Origin: an uncultured virus (IMG/VR IMGVR_UViG_3300011242_000004)
Lineage: Duplodnaviria > Heunggongvirae > Uroviricota > Caudoviricetes
Length of the DNA stretch: 64,000 nucleotides
Virus record (IMG/VR): IMGVR_UViG_3300011242_000004
Direction: 5' to 3' (one strand)
In this document: one piece after another, positions 28,938 through 38,823 of the stretch
Layout of the letters: each line of letters begins with the position of its first letter
How positions within the stretch are numbered: position 1 is the first letter of the stretch
Made by a program: the position numbers and the translations under genes
The notes under the pieces: model-generated
Told to the model about the DNA's origin: nothing
Database searches by the model: none
The model's input: only the letters and a program-made list of their open reading frames with translations

Positions 28938-29876
28938 TCATTTCTTCTGCTTTTTCAGCCATGCTTCATGTGCTTTTTTGTATTCTTTCATCAACTTCGC
29001 ATATCCTTTTAACCCTGAACGTACGAAGACATCCGCAAAACTATCTGATTTGTAATCGACATCGTATTGCAAAGACCCAGTATTTTCTGCCGTCATTCGT
29101 GCTTCTTCTTTTTGGATATACTTTAGAACTTTGGCTTGTGCTATAGCATCCTTTGGAAGCATGTACTTGTTCACCGTGTATTCCTTTTGTGTTAGGATGA
29201 GGACGATTCGTTTTGCATACACAGCCTTTGGAAAGTTCACCGTCAATGAACGATTTGATTGCAAGAGACTAATGTCTTCAATGACCATTTCTTTCATCGG
29301 AACATACTTAGTTACATCTTCTTGGTATAAGACTGCACTGAGTTCAACGGTTTTTGACGAGAACAATTCCAGTGCAAGGTGATTAATCGGACCTGCTTTT
29401 TCAAGGGTGATGTCCAGTCGGATGCCGATGCCATCCCCGCTGACATAATCCTCTCCGGTTAAGACACGCCATGCTTCTTTGCCCGGCGCTTCAATCGATA
29501 ACTTTTCTTTAATTAATGTGTCGGCGCCTTCTGTCACTTCGATGTACTGGGCTTCATTGTTGCTTTCTTTTGTCAAATCCGTATAGAAGTCATATCCGAA
29601 CGCATCCACCTTTTGGTTCTCAAGCGGCCAGTAGTAAGGATACTTTTCAATCCGAAGCAGTAAACGAGACAAAATATATTCCAGCTTCTCTCCTGCTTTG
29701 ATGACAGGACGGTTCTCATAGAATGTTCCATTCGGATACTTTTCATTTGCCAAGTAGTAGACAATCTTTTTTTGATTATCGAACGGGTGAGCGACTTCCA
29801 TACGCCACGGTTTCTCCCACTCACTGACAGATAGTGAAAGACATTTTTCGATGTAACTGACATTGGATTCTGCCAT
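28938..29876 (-). CDS. Virion structural protein, middle part of a split paralog
   Basis: LDITLEKAGPINHLALELF motif. Confidence 0.55.
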   Translation of the reverse strand: MAESNVSYIEKCLSLSVSEWEKPWRMEVAHPFDNQKKIVYYLANEKYPNGTFYENRPVIKAGEKLEYILSRLLLRIEKYPYYWPLENQKVDAFGYDFYTDLTKESNNEAQYIEVTEGADTLIKEKLSIEAPGKEAWRVLTGEDYVSGDGIGIRLDITLEKAGPINHLALELFSSKTVELSAVLYQEDVTKYVPMKEMVIEDISLLQSNRSLTVNFPKAVYAKRIVLILTQKEYTVNKYMLPKDAIAQAKVLKYIQKEEARMTAENTGSLQYDVDYKSDSFADVFVRSGLKGYAKLMKEYKKAHEAWLKKQKK

Positions 29877-29887
29877 AATTCTTTACC

Positions 29888-30664
29888 TCATTTCAATTTA
29901 TCTAAGTCAGGATGTTTCGGAATCTTGTGGATAGCGGGGGATGTCGTCAACACCACATGCATGTAGTATGTATCATCGGACCCATCAATCGCTTTATCAA
30001 TCTTATATTTTTCTTCTTTTAGATTCACCGCACCTTCGTTTTCATATGTCACTTTGATGCGTGCAGTCGTCTGATTCTTATCATTGACGAGTACATTCAG
30101 TTCATCTTCTTTTGCCAAACTGATGTAATGTTGATGGTAGCTTCGTTCATATGCGACCTCAGGAAGTACAGAACCATCCCGGTCTTCAAACAGATACTTC
30201 GTATCGGCATTGTACACTTCTGCATGTTTTGTTTTATTCTCAGACTCGAAGCTATACGTCCGCACGAACAAGCCATCTTCTCCTTTGTTCTCAAGGTAGA
30301 GTTCTTGTTCTCGTTGACGGAGCGCCGCAACTTCTTTTCGGATATCATCTAATACGCCACTGAAAATACGGTCGTAGTTCGCCGCCGCTCCTTCTAGTAA
30401 GTTTTGTTCCTCAAACAAGTGCATCAAATCGATGGCAACGTTTGAAAAGAATAGATTGAAGTCTTCTGCTTCCATCCTCTCTTGTAGCTCAATCGGTTTA
30501 CTGACAGGTTCTTGTTTCTCTGCTAAGAAGTTGACCAGTTCTTTGAACTCTCTTTCCGTCAAGTTCTGGACTTCATAGATGGCTTTGTTCGCCCGGAGTA
30601 ACGCTTCGACCCGTTCTTTTTCGACTTTTGGGACCACCCGTAAATAGTCTTGTAAGTAGTTCAT
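29888..30664 (-). CDS. Virion structural protein, N-terminal part of a split paralog
   Basis: FNLFFSNVAIDLMHLF plus coiled coil. Confidence 0.55.
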   Translation of the reverse strand: MNYLQDYLRVVPKVEKERVEALLRANKAIYEVQNLTEREFKELVNFLAEKQEPVSKPIELQERMEAEDFNLFFSNVAIDLMHLFEEQNLLEGAAANYDRIFSGVLDDIRKEVAALRQREQELYLENKGEDGLFVRTYSFESENKTKHAEVYNADTKYLFEDRDGSVLPEVAYERSYHQHYISLAKEDELNVLVNDKNQTTARIKVTYENEGAVNLKEEKYKIDKAIDGSDDTYYMHVVLTTSPAIHKIPKHPDLDKLK

Positions 30665-30665
30665 C

Positions 30666-30968
30666 TTATTCTCCTTTCATCGTATAACGGACACATTCGA
30701 CCCACTCGCCGCTGTTCGTGCGCATACGTATTTTATAAGTTTCTTTTGGAATCGTAGCAGAAGCACTGACAACCCACTCCCCATCGTTCGTCCGAAGACG
30801 AAAACGTTCCGGGTTCCCAGTGACTGCTTGTTTCATGTTTTGAATATATAAGGCGTTCTTAATGACTCGAAGGCGGACGGCGTCGCTTACCTTCAGTCCA
30901 TTCTTAGCATGTAATGTGTAGCGTCCATACTGGAAGCGTCCATATTGATGCCGCTGATACTCAGGCAT
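30666..30968 (-). CDS. Small structural protein with YG-repeat N-terminus
   Basis: GGAGG RBS before MPEYQRHQYGRFQYGRY; internal repeat RLRTNDGEWV / RMRTNSGEWV. Confidence 0.65.
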   Translation of the reverse strand: MPEYQRHQYGRFQYGRYTLHAKNGLKVSDAVRLRVIKNALYIQNMKQAVTGNPERFRLRTNDGEWVVSASATIPKETYKIRMRTNSGEWVECVRYTMKGE

Positions 30969-30985
30969 AGTCTTTCCTCCAATCA

Positions 30986-31013
30986 TAAGAAAAGGGATGC
31001 CGTAGGGCACCCC
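30986..31013 (-). terminator. Intrinsic terminator after the XkdX genes
   Basis: GGGTGCC-ctac-GGCATCCC then TTTTCTT. Confidence 0.75.
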
Positions 31014-31058
31014 TTGACTGAACGTAACCTGTCTCAGACAAGTTCGTCAATAGTGTTG

Positions 31059-31205
31059 TCACGCGACGGGTGCGACGTAGTCGTCCCCAGTGATTTCTTT
31101 GTATTGCGCCGGTGTGATTTTACCGTAGATGACAAACTTCTTGACGTCATCTTTCGTGTAAAATCCATAATCATAATACCGTTTTGCTGAAGCAAACCAA
31201 TTCAT
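31059..31205 (-). CDS. XkdX-family small protein (not in ORF track)
   Basis: Own translation: MNWFASAKRYYDYGFYTKDDVKKFVIYGKITPAQYKEITGDDYVAPVA; AAGGAGG RBS. Confidence 0.88.
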   Translation of the reverse strand: MNWFASAKRYYDYGFYTKDDVKKFVIYGKITPAQYKEITGDDYVAPVA

Positions 31206-31444
31206 TGTTTTTCCTCCTTGGCGATTTCCATTAACATAAATGCAATTGTTTCTTTTACTTCTTCATGGTCGATACCGTCCTCAACCATTTGGACCATTAG
31301 TCCTGCCATTTCTTTTTCTAGACGCTTCAGGACGATTCCATTCTGCGCTAATTCTAGAAGTAGTCCGGCAATCAATTGTTCATGTTCTGGTAGTCGTGTC
31401 CAAGGTGCAAACAATTTCATCTTCAACTCTTTCAACCACTGCAC
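31202..31444 (-). CDS. Short XkdW-like tail-fibre assembly protein
   Basis: Coiled coil ending IAFMLMEIA, directly before XkdX; GTG start at 31444. Confidence 0.55.
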   Translation of the reverse strand: MQWLKELKMKLFAPWTRLPEHEQLIAGLLLELAQNGIVLKRLEKEMAGLMVQMVEDGIDHEEVKETIAFMLMEIAKEEKQ

Positions 31445-31460
31445 GTACAACACCCTTTCC

Positions 31461-31604
31461 TTATGTTTGAGCGATGTAGACACTTCCTGTGATTTCCTTG
31501 TATTGCTCCTCAGTGATTTTCTTTTTCTCTACGAACTTCGCGACGTCTGCCTCTGAATAAATTCCAAGGTCGAAGTATCGTTTAGCTGAAGCGTACCAAT
31601 TCAT
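31461..31604 (-). CDS. XkdX-family small protein (not in ORF track)
   Basis: Own translation: MNWYASAKRYFDLGIYSEADVAKFVEKKKITEEQYKEITGSVYIAQT. Confidence 0.88.
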   Translation of the reverse strand: MNWYASAKRYFDLGIYSEADVAKFVEKKKITEEQYKEITGSVYIAQT

Positions 31605-32407
31605 TCTACAGTTCCCCTTTCATCGAGCATCATGAGCAACATCATCGCCACTTCACTTTGCGTCAACATCAAGTTTTCTTGTGCCGACACCAGCTCTTCT
31701 TTAGTTCTAACCATTTCTGCATTTGCTTGCAAGATGTTTTCTTTGATTTCTTTTGCTTCCGCATTCGCTTTTAGAATGTCGCCCTTCGTCACTTCGAGGG
31801 ATTCACTCAAGTTCATGAGTTCCATCGTCATCATGGCACTCTCTTCAATCGTTGCTTGTATCTCTTGTTTTTGTAAATCAAGTAATTTCTTTTGTTCTGT
31901 CATCAATGTCTTTTGACGAATCAGTTCCGCTTCCTGATTTTGAATGGCTTCTTCTTTGAACATCAATTCCATCGTCATGCGCGCTGTCTCTTGGAGCGTC
32001 TGGTCTGCTTTATTGTGAGCATCTCCTGCATATGTAATGCTTGTATCGACATTGTATCCAAGCTGTTCGATTTCTTGTTTCAGTAACGCATTCTCTTCTT
32101 GCTGTACTTTAATCGTTTTTTCGTGCGTCGCTTGCTTCTCTTGAAGAATACTCACCTGTTCGATGTATTGTTCCTCTATGCTTAAGTTTTCGACCACATA
32201 ACGGAACCAGAATCGATTATCAGCGAAACACGTGATGCCGCGATACCCTTTTCGTTTCTCCGATGTCGGGAGTTCCTTGAGATAATCCACAAGGAACCCT
32301 TCCGCGCGAAGTTCTTCTGCTGTCTTGCCGAGCCCATACGTTTCATGGAACGGGTCGGTGTGACAGAATACAACATCATTTACATCATTCGTTTTAATAA
32401 AAATCAT
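31601..32407 (-). CDS. Long coiled-coil XkdW-like tail-fibre assembly protein
   Basis: PFHETYGLGKTAEELRAEGFLV N-terminus, long heptad region; lies between fibre and XkdX. Confidence 0.6.
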   Translation of the reverse strand: MIFIKTNDVNDVVFCHTDPFHETYGLGKTAEELRAEGFLVDYLKELPTSEKRKGYRGITCFADNRFWFRYVVENLSIEEQYIEQVSILQEKQATHEKTIKVQQEENALLKQEIEQLGYNVDTSITYAGDAHNKADQTLQETARMTMELMFKEEAIQNQEAELIRQKTLMTEQKKLLDLQKQEIQATIEESAMMTMELMNLSESLEVTKGDILKANAEAKEIKENILQANAEMVRTKEELVSAQENLMLTQSEVAMMLLMMLDERGTVE

Positions 32408-35400
32408 GATTGACCTCCTAATAATTGTTCGAGACGAAGCAAACGTGCTTCCAAGTCTTCGACTTTTTTCTCTAGTGCATCATTACGTTCCATTTCTTCT
32501 TGAAGTGCAATATGAATCGCCGCCGCATATGATTGTGTTGAAACGCTAAGTCTATCTTCTTCTTTTTCTGGTACGTCGATGAACCAATCCGCTACTTTGT
32601 TCTTGTCGTATTTCACCAGTTGGTCAGCAATGAATCCAAATTGATTAGCGTGTTGTTCCATGTCGTCATATTTAAACTGATAGAGTGGCATCGACTTCAT
32701 GAACTCATAGATTTCAGCTGAACGATTTTCTGAAACCGCATCCTTTGCTAAGCGTTTTGTAAATCCTTCTTCTGACCACTCACTTCCGCGTACTCGTTGG
32801 ATGTCATGCTTCGACCGACTATCTGAATTGATTGTTGTCGTTTTTGCCCATACAGTAACGAAACGATAACTTGTCGAACCAAGATGGAGTTTTTCTGTTA
32901 CTGTAGGACGGAATGCCCCTCCAAGACCAATCATTCCTACAATAGTGTTGTCGAAATCCGCCTTACTTGTAGACCGCGTCAAGTTGTCTGTTGACCAGTA
33001 CATTTGAATCGAATCGTTAGCTTCTAGAATTAAGACTTCAGAATCATTACTCATGTTCAAGTGAGTTGCGGGGTTGACGTTGCTTTCACCTGCATAAATG
33101 ACTGTACGGGAGCCGCCCCCAATATCTATCCAAACACCATAGGATTCTTTCGTCCCATCAATTGTAATCGCAGACCGTAATGTGTTTCCTGCATCTCGTA
33201 CACGAAGGTCAAATATGTTTTTAACATCTGTTTTCAATGTATTGTTTGCAAAAAGTGAAACATCTTCTCCGAGTAATTCAGTCACCTTTTTAGAAGTTCC
33301 TTGTGTCGGTGTGAACTTCAAGAACGTGTAATTGTTTTTACTTCCCATAGAGTAGAGCCCCATGCCATTGACGCGACTAAATAACCGCATTCCTGTACTT
33401 TCAACAAGAGAATTTCCATCTGATGGTGATAAATCCATCTGAATTTCATTTTGACCTGAAACAGATGGGAGTGCTCTCTTTATGATATTTCCATACATGA
33501 AATTCTCACCGGTGATACCATTTAAAGCATTGATGTTAACATCTCTCCCCGTAGATGTAATATCAATATCGAAATTTGATTTTAACTCAAAAGCGTTTCC
33601 ATACGTTATCAACTTTGCTCTATTCAAGTAATCTCCAACATCCAGTACGATGCTTCCGTCAAAATCGTATCCTTGCTTTTGAAAACTGTTTTGAATTTTA
33701 ATATAGCTTTGAGCTATCGTCACGCTATTGCTTGTTGTCTGCCCATCATTGTAATAATAATCTGATGAATAAATGTTATTCTCATTGATTGTTGTTCCAA
33801 TGAAATGTCGAATGACTGGACTAGTGTTTTGCATTTTTTCTCTTCCGACGCTAATTTCTGTTGGCTGAACTTTCACATACTTTGAATATCCGTTCGCATC
33901 AGCGGCTGAAATAGACTGTAACCCTGAGCCTTCTATTGTTCCTCCATTAACCTTGATATTCTTAGCTGTCAGACTCCCATCACTATTGACTGTGAATACG
34001 GTGTCTGCTCCTTTTTTGATTTCAAAACCAGTGGAAGAGTTCATTTTAACAGAAACACCTGTCGTTTCATTGCTTGCCGTGAGCCCACCACTGTTAATTG
34101 TAACACCTGATGCACCTGAGCTAATTGAAACCAAGTCAGCATTCAATGTTCCAGCCTTGATAATGTTCGCATTCAATGTTCCGGTCGTGATTAAATCTGC
34201 ATTCATTGAACCCGTGACAATGTTCGTTGCCGTCAATGTTCCTGCATCTACTTCTGTCACTTGAAGACTTGCAATGTACAAATCGTTTGTTGATGTTCCA
34301 TCCCCGAATGAGGTTGATTGGTTGTAGTTCAACAAACGCAACCGAATCATATTCATCTTGCTTCCCATGAACCATACCTTTTTGTTAGCTCCAAAATCTG
34401 GGAATAAAGGATTTTTCAACTTAGATACATCTCCATAGTAATCTGTCGGGTACAAATATGTTTCGACCGTTGTCCATGCGGTTGTCCCACTTTGTCCTTT
34501 TCCTGCTACATAGAAATATGGATTTGTTGCTGATGTATTGAACACGTTATTTGTGTTGCCGACATATTCAAATGACCCTCTGTTTCCTACCTCTGTCGTT
34601 GGAGAAGTGACCGAATGATACGAGTTAAATCCGAAGTACATACTTCCTGTCGCGGCACTTGTTCCATCTGATAACGTATATCTGAATCGAAGTGTGACTT
34701 TATATGCTTTTGTAGGGTCAACATAGAATGTATTCGTCGTAATCGTTGAGTTTGCTCCGCCGACGTTCGAGAATTTCATGATACGTCCATATGTAGAATC
34801 ATCAACGAATGTAGGAATTGAAGAACCTTTACCCCATCCATTATTTCCAAGTACAGTTGTCGCATCAAAAGGAACTGTTCCAATCGCTTCAAGTGTCGGG
34901 TCATTGACAAGGTTTGCCGCCCCAACCGAAAGCTTACTTGCTACAATCGTATTGACCGCCAAACGGTCTCCTGTGATTGTTCCAGCTGTGATACGTGCCG
35001 CATTCATCGACCCCGTCGTAATCAAGCTTGCATTCATCGCACCGGTCGTAATGTTTGAAGCGTTCAAGTTCGTAATAGTTACGTTGGATGCATTAATCGT
35101 ACCACCAGTAATACTATTTGCACTTAAGTTTGTTACTCCAATAACAGACGCATTGATTGTCCCTGATGTAATATTTGAGGCATTTAGTTTTGTGACGTTG
35201 ACCTTTGTTGCATCAAGAGTTCCCGTCTGAATTTTGTTTGCATCAATGACTGTGACGCCGCCGACACTTGTCGTCAGTGTGTACAAATCTGAGATTTTCA
35301 AACTGCTGTCTTCAGGAGCTGGCGACCATTCTGTCATCTTGTTCCCTTTTTCCAACTGAACGTTCTTCATGTACATAATTGAGTTTGTCGAGAATCCGTA

Positions 35401-38400
35401 TCCGTAGATATAGAAATTAACTGGTTGACTCAAGTCGACATCATCTTTTAATGTAATCGCTTGAGAAAAACGTTTCCAACCATTGACAGAATCAATTGGA
35501 ATGTTGAATTGACCAGAATGGAATCCATACGCTGTTTCACCTTTTTTCCGGTAATGGAATCCACCGAATGTAAAGGTTCCTAGACCTGTCGCATTAAAGT
35601 CTCCAGAGAATACAAAATCTCCTGAAGTTATTGTTCCTAACGTAATTGAAATTCCTTTCCATTGACGTGTACCATCACTCTCATTGTATTCATAGACATT
35701 GTATCCAAATGTTGTCGCATCCACATGTGCATGGAAAGAAGTCGTTGGGTTTGGAACACCCGCATTATATCCACCCCAAAGCTTCGCATACAAATCAGGG
35801 TTTTTCGATGTCACATTCCCAGTTGAATACGTATCTTTAAACTGGCTGTTCCAGAGAAGGTTTGTTCCCCCGACTTGAATTGCATTGATTTTTGAAATTG
35901 TATCTTCAGGAGCAGGTGACCAGTCTGTTGCATTCTGACCTACTTCAATCTGTACTTTTCGAATGAAGTAACTACCAGCATTTGCGGCTCCCCCTGAAAC
36001 CGCTGTGTTCCCACGAAGAGCAATCCCTACATCTGGGAATGTTGTGATGTTGCTTGGAACTGTGAACGCATAACTAAACCGTCTATAGATACCATCTAAT
36101 GTAAAGCTTGGCGACTGGCTTCCCGAAATCAATGCCGCATTGACCATGTCTCGTAAGTACACATCAATGACATGAACATTGTCGGCATCAGCTTTGGCGT
36201 CAAATGAAATAATCATTTGCTTTCCTTCACGACCCGCCAAACGATTCCCATTGAAATTGTAATACACTAATGTACTGCTTGTTTGTTCTCGTTCCGAATC
36301 AAGCAGAAGGTTTGTCCCCCCAATTTCGAGGTTACTTAAACTTGTATTGATATCTTCCGGTGCCGGTGACCAATCTGTCGCTTTATTCCCTTTTTCTATT
36401 TTTAATTCATCTACATCAAATGTCGCATCTGCAACAACTGCACTCGCAATTCGAATTGTTGTATATAATTCTACTGCGTCATTTGGAGCAACAAAGCTTT
36501 CTTCATAACGTGTCCATGTGTTTGCAACTGTTGCGATATTTTTAGAAACAATAGGATTACTACTGACATTCGCCGCGTTTTTAAATTTTAAAAGATGCGT
36601 AACAGTCATATTCACTGATGTTCGAACCCAGAAAGAAACAACATAAGTTTCTCCTCCAATGATTGCCCCATTATAAGTAGAAGGAGATGCAATCCCTTGG
36701 CCGCCACCACTAGACCCATTCATTAGAACTCGAACTGCTTTTCCATTTACTCGACCTGAAATACTTTGTAAGTTCTTTGAACCATTAAAGGTTGCCCAGT
36801 TTAATGGCAAATTGTTGCTGTCTAAAAACTCACCAGAAGAATTCGGAATTAAATTAGTTCCACCAATTTTGATATTGTTAATCGCCGCCGTCGTATCTTC
36901 TGGCGCTGGTGTCCAATCTGTTGCTTTGTTTCCTTCTTCAAGCTTAATCCATTCAATTGTACTCGTTGCTGTTGTTGAACTATCCATGTGATAGATAGTT
37001 ATATTTAAATTAGAAGAACTTCCAATTACCCATGGAAACGTATAACGATATACACCGTCACTTCCTAGTTGCTCTGGACCTAATGTGCAAAGCTGAACGT
37101 TTCCTCCAGAATTATAAATCCCAAAATACCGTTTTCCGCTACCAAGAGTTGCTTTCATTGAAATGGTCATTGATGTTCCTGCGGTTAATGTTTTTGTAAT
37201 TGGATAGCTTGTCATGTTGTAAGCAGAAGAACTAACACTTCTTGCTGATTCTAATAACAGATTTCGTCCACCAATTTTAATGTTTCCAACAGCAGAACTT
37301 ACATCGTCTGGTGTCGCGGCACCGACTTGAGCGGCTGTCGGTTTATTGACGTTCGCCCATGTGATGCTACCACCCATCATATTGATGTTACCCGTAATCG
37401 TTAAATCACCTGTTGCGGAATCCAACTTGAATACAGGGTTAGCAGGGTCAGTCTTTTTATAGACTTTAATCCCATCTGTTGCATTAAACTCTGCAACATT
37501 TCGAGTGCTGGTCACGACCATCCCTTTAGCGGCAGACAGACTAATCCCGTTGTAGTCTTTGTTTGCTTCAATCGTTTCAAGGGCAAAGCTGACATCAGCA
37601 ACATAAATCGTGTTTGTTGTTGTACTATTGTTTGTATTGAAATACACTTTGACTTGTGTCGTTCCAGCTGGGAAGTCCGTATCCGTCACACTTCCTGTTC
37701 CGATATTCAATCCAGAAATTACTGCTTCATAGTGAACAAAGGAAGTTGTTGATGGGATAACTGTAGAGTTCGAGCTTGTTCGAATTAAGTGTCGTTTACC
37801 TAAAGACGTCCCAGCCGCATTGTAACATTCAAGACCAATATTATGTGTGCCCGTTGTCGTCGAGTTAATGACACTGACCATCAGACGATATGTACGGTCT
37901 GGTTCAACGGCAATAAATTCATCTGTACGGGTTTCTCCTGTTGCTGTCCGTGAGAACGAACCCGGTCCTGTCACTTTCTGTGCTGTCGTATATGTAAACC
38001 CTGAGAAGTTTCGGTTACTCGCAACGCCCGCATATCCATTTCCAACGAGTTGTTCCCGGTACGATTTCGTATATGCTTCTGCTTCGGCTTTTGCATCGCT
38101 GACTCGTTTTGATGTTCGTGTCTGAAGTACCAATTGTGCTTGATAAAACGCTTTCCAGTTATCCCGGAATGTTTGTCCAACAATGGTGTGTACCGTTTCT
38201 ACTTTTGCATTGCTGACATCCCAACAATAAATTCCATCAGCAAGAATGGTATTTAAATAGTTAGCAAGTGTTGTATACGCATTCGCATACGCTGTGTATG
38301 CAGTATCACTTGTTCCTACACCCGCATCCGTTGCACTCTTACGAGTTTGGTAGTATTCACCAGCTGTATATGTATTGACAGTTGCGACCGCTGGTAATGG

Positions 38401-38742
38401 TATTGTTCCTGAAGGAGAAGCACCTAACATGTCTGTTAATTTATCTAAAATGACTTGGCGCTCTGTCGCTGTGATTTTATCATCACTTGACAGGTTTCCA
38501 AGCTTAGCAGTCGCTTGGTCTACCCCTTTACTGATGTATTCCGTAAAGTCTGGGTCAAGCTCTGTTAAGTCCATTGCTTGGGTAACCCATGCGCCCATCG
38601 ACCATTTCTTTAAAACGGGTGGCGTTAAACTGCTATCTATCCAGAGTGTTCCTTCTGTAGGATTTGTTGGTGCTGTTCCTGCAATGATGGCATCATTTAA
38701 ATCCATCAAGGTGACCATACTAACTCCGACTTTGTTTCCCAT
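32404..38742 (-). CDS. Large tail fibre / receptor-binding protein (2112 aa) with CBM-like cassettes and C-terminal S74-type intramolecular chaperone
   Basis: Four GGxNL...G(N/Q)xxTxWxPAPED units; LNASNITxG repeats; SDSRSKHDI followed by a coiled coil. Confidence 0.88.
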   Translation of the reverse strand: MGNKVGVSMVTLMDLNDAIIAGTAPTNPTEGTLWIDSSLTPPVLKKWSMGAWVTQAMDLTELDPDFTEYISKGVDQATAKLGNLSSDDKITATERQVILDKLTDMLGASPSGTIPLPAVATVNTYTAGEYYQTRKSATDAGVGTSDTAYTAYANAYTTLANYLNTILADGIYCWDVSNAKVETVHTIVGQTFRDNWKAFYQAQLVLQTRTSKRVSDAKAEAEAYTKSYREQLVGNGYAGVASNRNFSGFTYTTAQKVTGPGSFSRTATGETRTDEFIAVEPDRTYRLMVSVINSTTTGTHNIGLECYNAAGTSLGKRHLIRTSSNSTVIPSTTSFVHYEAVISGLNIGTGSVTDTDFPAGTTQVKVYFNTNNSTTTNTIYVADVSFALETIEANKDYNGISLSAAKGMVVTSTRNVAEFNATDGIKVYKKTDPANPVFKLDSATGDLTITGNINMMGGSITWANVNKPTAAQVGAATPDDVSSAVGNIKIGGRNLLLESARSVSSSAYNMTSYPITKTLTAGTSMTISMKATLGSGKRYFGIYNSGGNVQLCTLGPEQLGSDGVYRYTFPWVIGSSSNLNITIYHMDSSTTATSTIEWIKLEEGNKATDWTPAPEDTTAAINNIKIGGTNLIPNSSGEFLDSNNLPLNWATFNGSKNLQSISGRVNGKAVRVLMNGSSGGGQGIASPSTYNGAIIGGETYVVSFWVRTSVNMTVTHLLKFKNAANVSSNPIVSKNIATVANTWTRYEESFVAPNDAVELYTTIRIASAVVADATFDVDELKIEKGNKATDWSPAPEDINTSLSNLEIGGTNLLLDSEREQTSSTLVYYNFNGNRLAGREGKQMIISFDAKADADNVHVIDVYLRDMVNAALISGSQSPSFTLDGIYRRFSYAFTVPSNITTFPDVGIALRGNTAVSGGAANAGSYFIRKVQIEVGQNATDWSPAPEDTISKINAIQVGGTNLLWNSQFKDTYSTGNVTSKNPDLYAKLWGGYNAGVPNPTTSFHAHVDATTFGYNVYEYNESDGTRQWKGISITLGTITSGDFVFSGDFNATGLGTFTFGGFHYRKKGETAYGFHSGQFNIPIDSVNGWKRFSQAITLKDDVDLSQPVNFYIYGYGFSTNSIMYMKNVQLEKGNKMTEWSPAPEDSSLKISDLYTLTTSVGGVTVIDANKIQTGTLDATKVNVTKLNASNITSGTINASVIGVTNLSANSITGGTINASNVTITNLNASNITTGAMNASLITTGSMNAARITAGTITGDRLAVNTIVASKLSVGAANLVNDPTLEAIGTVPFDATTVLGNNGWGKGSSIPTFVDDSTYGRIMKFSNVGGANSTITTNTFYVDPTKAYKVTLRFRYTLSDGTSAATGSMYFGFNSYHSVTSPTTEVGNRGSFEYVGNTNNVFNTSATNPYFYVAGKGQSGTTAWTTVETYLYPTDYYGDVSKLKNPLFPDFGANKKVWFMGSKMNMIRLRLLNYNQSTSFGDGTSTNDLYIASLQVTEVDAGTLTATNIVTGSMNADLITTGTLNANIIKAGTLNADLVSISSGASGVTINSGGLTASNETTGVSVKMNSSTGFEIKKGADTVFTVNSDGSLTAKNIKVNGGTIEGSGLQSISAADANGYSKYVKVQPTEISVGREKMQNTSPVIRHFIGTTINENNIYSSDYYYNDGQTTSNSVTIAQSYIKIQNSFQKQGYDFDGSIVLDVGDYLNRAKLITYGNAFELKSNFDIDITSTGRDVNINALNGITGENFMYGNIIKRALPSVSGQNEIQMDLSPSDGNSLVESTGMRLFSRVNGMGLYSMGSKNNYTFLKFTPTQGTSKKVTELLGEDVSLFANNTLKTDVKNIFDLRVRDAGNTLRSAITIDGTKESYGVWIDIGGGSRTVIYAGESNVNPATHLNMSNDSEVLILEANDSIQMYWSTDNLTRSTSKADFDNTIVGMIGLGGAFRPTVTEKLHLGSTSYRFVTVWAKTTTINSDSRSKHDIQRVRGSEWSEEGFTKRLAKDAVSENRSAEIYEFMKSMPLYQFKYDDMEQHANQFGFIADQLVKYDKNKVADWFIDVPEKEEDRLSVSTQSYAAAIHIALQEEMERNDALEKKVEDLEARLLRLEQLLGGQS
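35308..37283 (-). repeat. Four tandem carbohydrate-binding-like cassettes with conserved linkers
   Basis: Linkers at about 36895-36933, 36352-36390, 35902-35940 and 35308-35346. Confidence 0.85.
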
Positions 38743-38766
38743 TCTATCACTTCCTTAATATTAAAT

Positions 38767-38813
38767 AAGCATGAGGATTTCGAGTTTATTTAAACCCGTT
38801 CCTCATGCTTTTG
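38767..38813 (-). terminator. Long hairpin between the 668-aa and 2112-aa fibre genes (terminator or stabiliser)
   Basis: AAGCATGAGGA...TCCTCATGCTT inverted repeat with inner stem. Confidence 0.7.
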
Positions 38814-38823
38814 CAAGACTCTT

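Noticed and set aside
28926..28940. In-frame TGA-GGA-TGA-ACG-ATG junction suggesting stop-codon readthrough or recoding
   Set aside because: Two stops plus a proper RBS; the neighbouring junction is out of frame, and TGA ends many other genes normally
32404..38742. Diversity-generating retroelement or invertase shufflon acting on the fibre
   Set aside because: No reverse transcriptase, recombinase, adenine-variant repeat pair or inverted cassettes seen in the window
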